The notes beneath the pieces are model-generated. The model was not told the DNA's origin, did not search any database, and saw only the letters and a program-made list of their open reading frames with translations. The position numbers and the translations under genes were made by a program. A stretch of 63,975 nucleotides of DNA, the filler included, from Octopus bimaculoides (Eukaryota): the NCBI RefSeq assembly GCF_001194135.2. It is 10 parts of 8 records of this genome, joined end to end, with 100 filler letters (N's around TTAATTAATTAA, not from the genome) between each part and the next. Parts side by side here need not be neighbours in the genome. Positions count along the whole stretch, not along the records: positions 62,544 to 63,975 come from NC_068987.1; 9 more parts are not named here. The stretch is one strand, 5' to 3'. How positions within the stretch are numbered: the first letter of the stretch is position 1; the number at the start of each line of letters is the position of its first letter. Of this stretch, positions 62,791-63,975 are shown one piece after another.

Positions 62791-63872
62791 TCTGTAATTT
62801 TCCAGTCCAAAATTCCATACCTTACAAGTTGCAGACATGATACCAGCTTATGAAAATATTCTGTGATATATTCGTGTTATACGAACAGGTAAAAGCTGTT
62901 GAGTTGAAAATAACATATTTTCAGTGCAAGTTATTGTAATTCTTAGACAGATCATGGAAAACGTTATACTAAGTAACTCTCTGCGAACCAAAACCTACGA
63001 TGGGTTCGGTTGGTTGCTTTTTAACTTGTCTCTAAATATAAATACATTAGACACTAGCCCGAGAAGACACACAGATACGGATAAATATTCACATATTCAC
63101 ATACTCACATAAATAGGCGTATATATAAATATATATATATGTGTGTACACAGCCACGTACACGTACGCACACTCACACACAGACACGCGCGAGCACACAA
63201 ATACATATACATACATACATACATACATACATACATACATACATACATACATACTCGTGCTTTCCATTGTTTGATTGAAAGTCCCACATATGCGAAGGCT
63301 ACGATCAGCCATTTTTGTGACAGGTCTTACTTTCCTTTTGAAGCGATGCCTGTGCACGATGATATTCTATAGTAGTAAAAGGATTTGAACAAATCCAATC
63401 TCACTATCTGAACATCAACAACATAAATACGAAAACAAGAACTAGAATACGCCATTTAATATTGTCAATGTCACAGGTTTTCTCTCAGAGCTTCCCTCTC
63501 CCAGAGAGATGTTGTAACAACAAAAGAGGGGCCTCCCACACCTAGTGGGCCAAGCGCGCGCCTGGTGTTTCCACGTCTCCGCGCGTGCATACATGCGTAC
63601 ATACATGCATACATACACATGTAAACATATTATTGGATGGCCGTTGACTGCCTATGAGCTCTTTCGCCCTTTGACAATATATACGTATATATCTGTAATA
63701 AAGAAACGAAAACTGTAACGTTTTTTAAACTATATATGTCATACACGTGTAGGAAAAGTTGTTTTCAAGAAACATGTATGTGTTGCATAGTCGAGTCGTC
63801 GGGAATGGTCGGGTCCTCACTAAGCAAGCTTGGTGAGGAGCGTGATTGTTAAACACCCTTCAAGACGGAATG

Positions 63873-63912
<40 letters not shown>

Positions 63913-63975
63913 CTTTAGAGGCTACCGTTGTTTTCATGTTAAGAAAGTAGGAAAATATCCTAGTATCTTAAAGAC

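Noticed and set aside
63520-63570. Helitron 3' end (GC hairpin plus CTAG)
   Set aside because: On the minus strand CTAG is followed by G rather than T, and no Helitron sequence is evident nearby.

Overview
AT-rich, microsatellite-dense eukaryotic genomic DNA with many N gaps. The SINE families and repeat landscape look like an octopod cephalopod (Octopus-like); this is recognition, not a database hit. I recognise no intact host protein-coding gene, tRNA/rRNA gene or CRISPR array. Nearly all long ORFs in the track are microsatellite or N-run read-throughs. The explainable sequence is mostly decayed transposons: a CR1-type LINE (2965-5240), R4/Dong-type RLE LINE fragments (39993-40980, 47200-47520), two Tc1/mariner copies (7330-8400, 48294-49548), a Charlie/SPIN-type hAT fossil and a hAT MITE, possible Helitron and piggyBac fossils, Penelope-like (PLE) fragments, more than 30 copies or fragments of three tRNA-derived SINE families, and a ~550-bp (AAT)n-embedded repeat. 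The most interesting signal is about ten hammerhead-ribozyme (HHR)-like motifs from several unrelated repeat families. Four keep an intact CUGANGA/GAAA/NUH core with a tiny, mostly palindromic helix III and an unusually long helix II region (9531, 26155, 26826, 27547). One has a compensatory U3-A8 core (57573). A CUGUUGA-A core variant sits in a 151-bp tandem/inverted unit (56542-57409). Several motifs lie in outward-pointing inverted repeats typical of PLE pseudo-LTRs. Nine 100-bp gaps carry an artificial TTAATTAATTAA spacer, so adjacency across them is not biological evidence.
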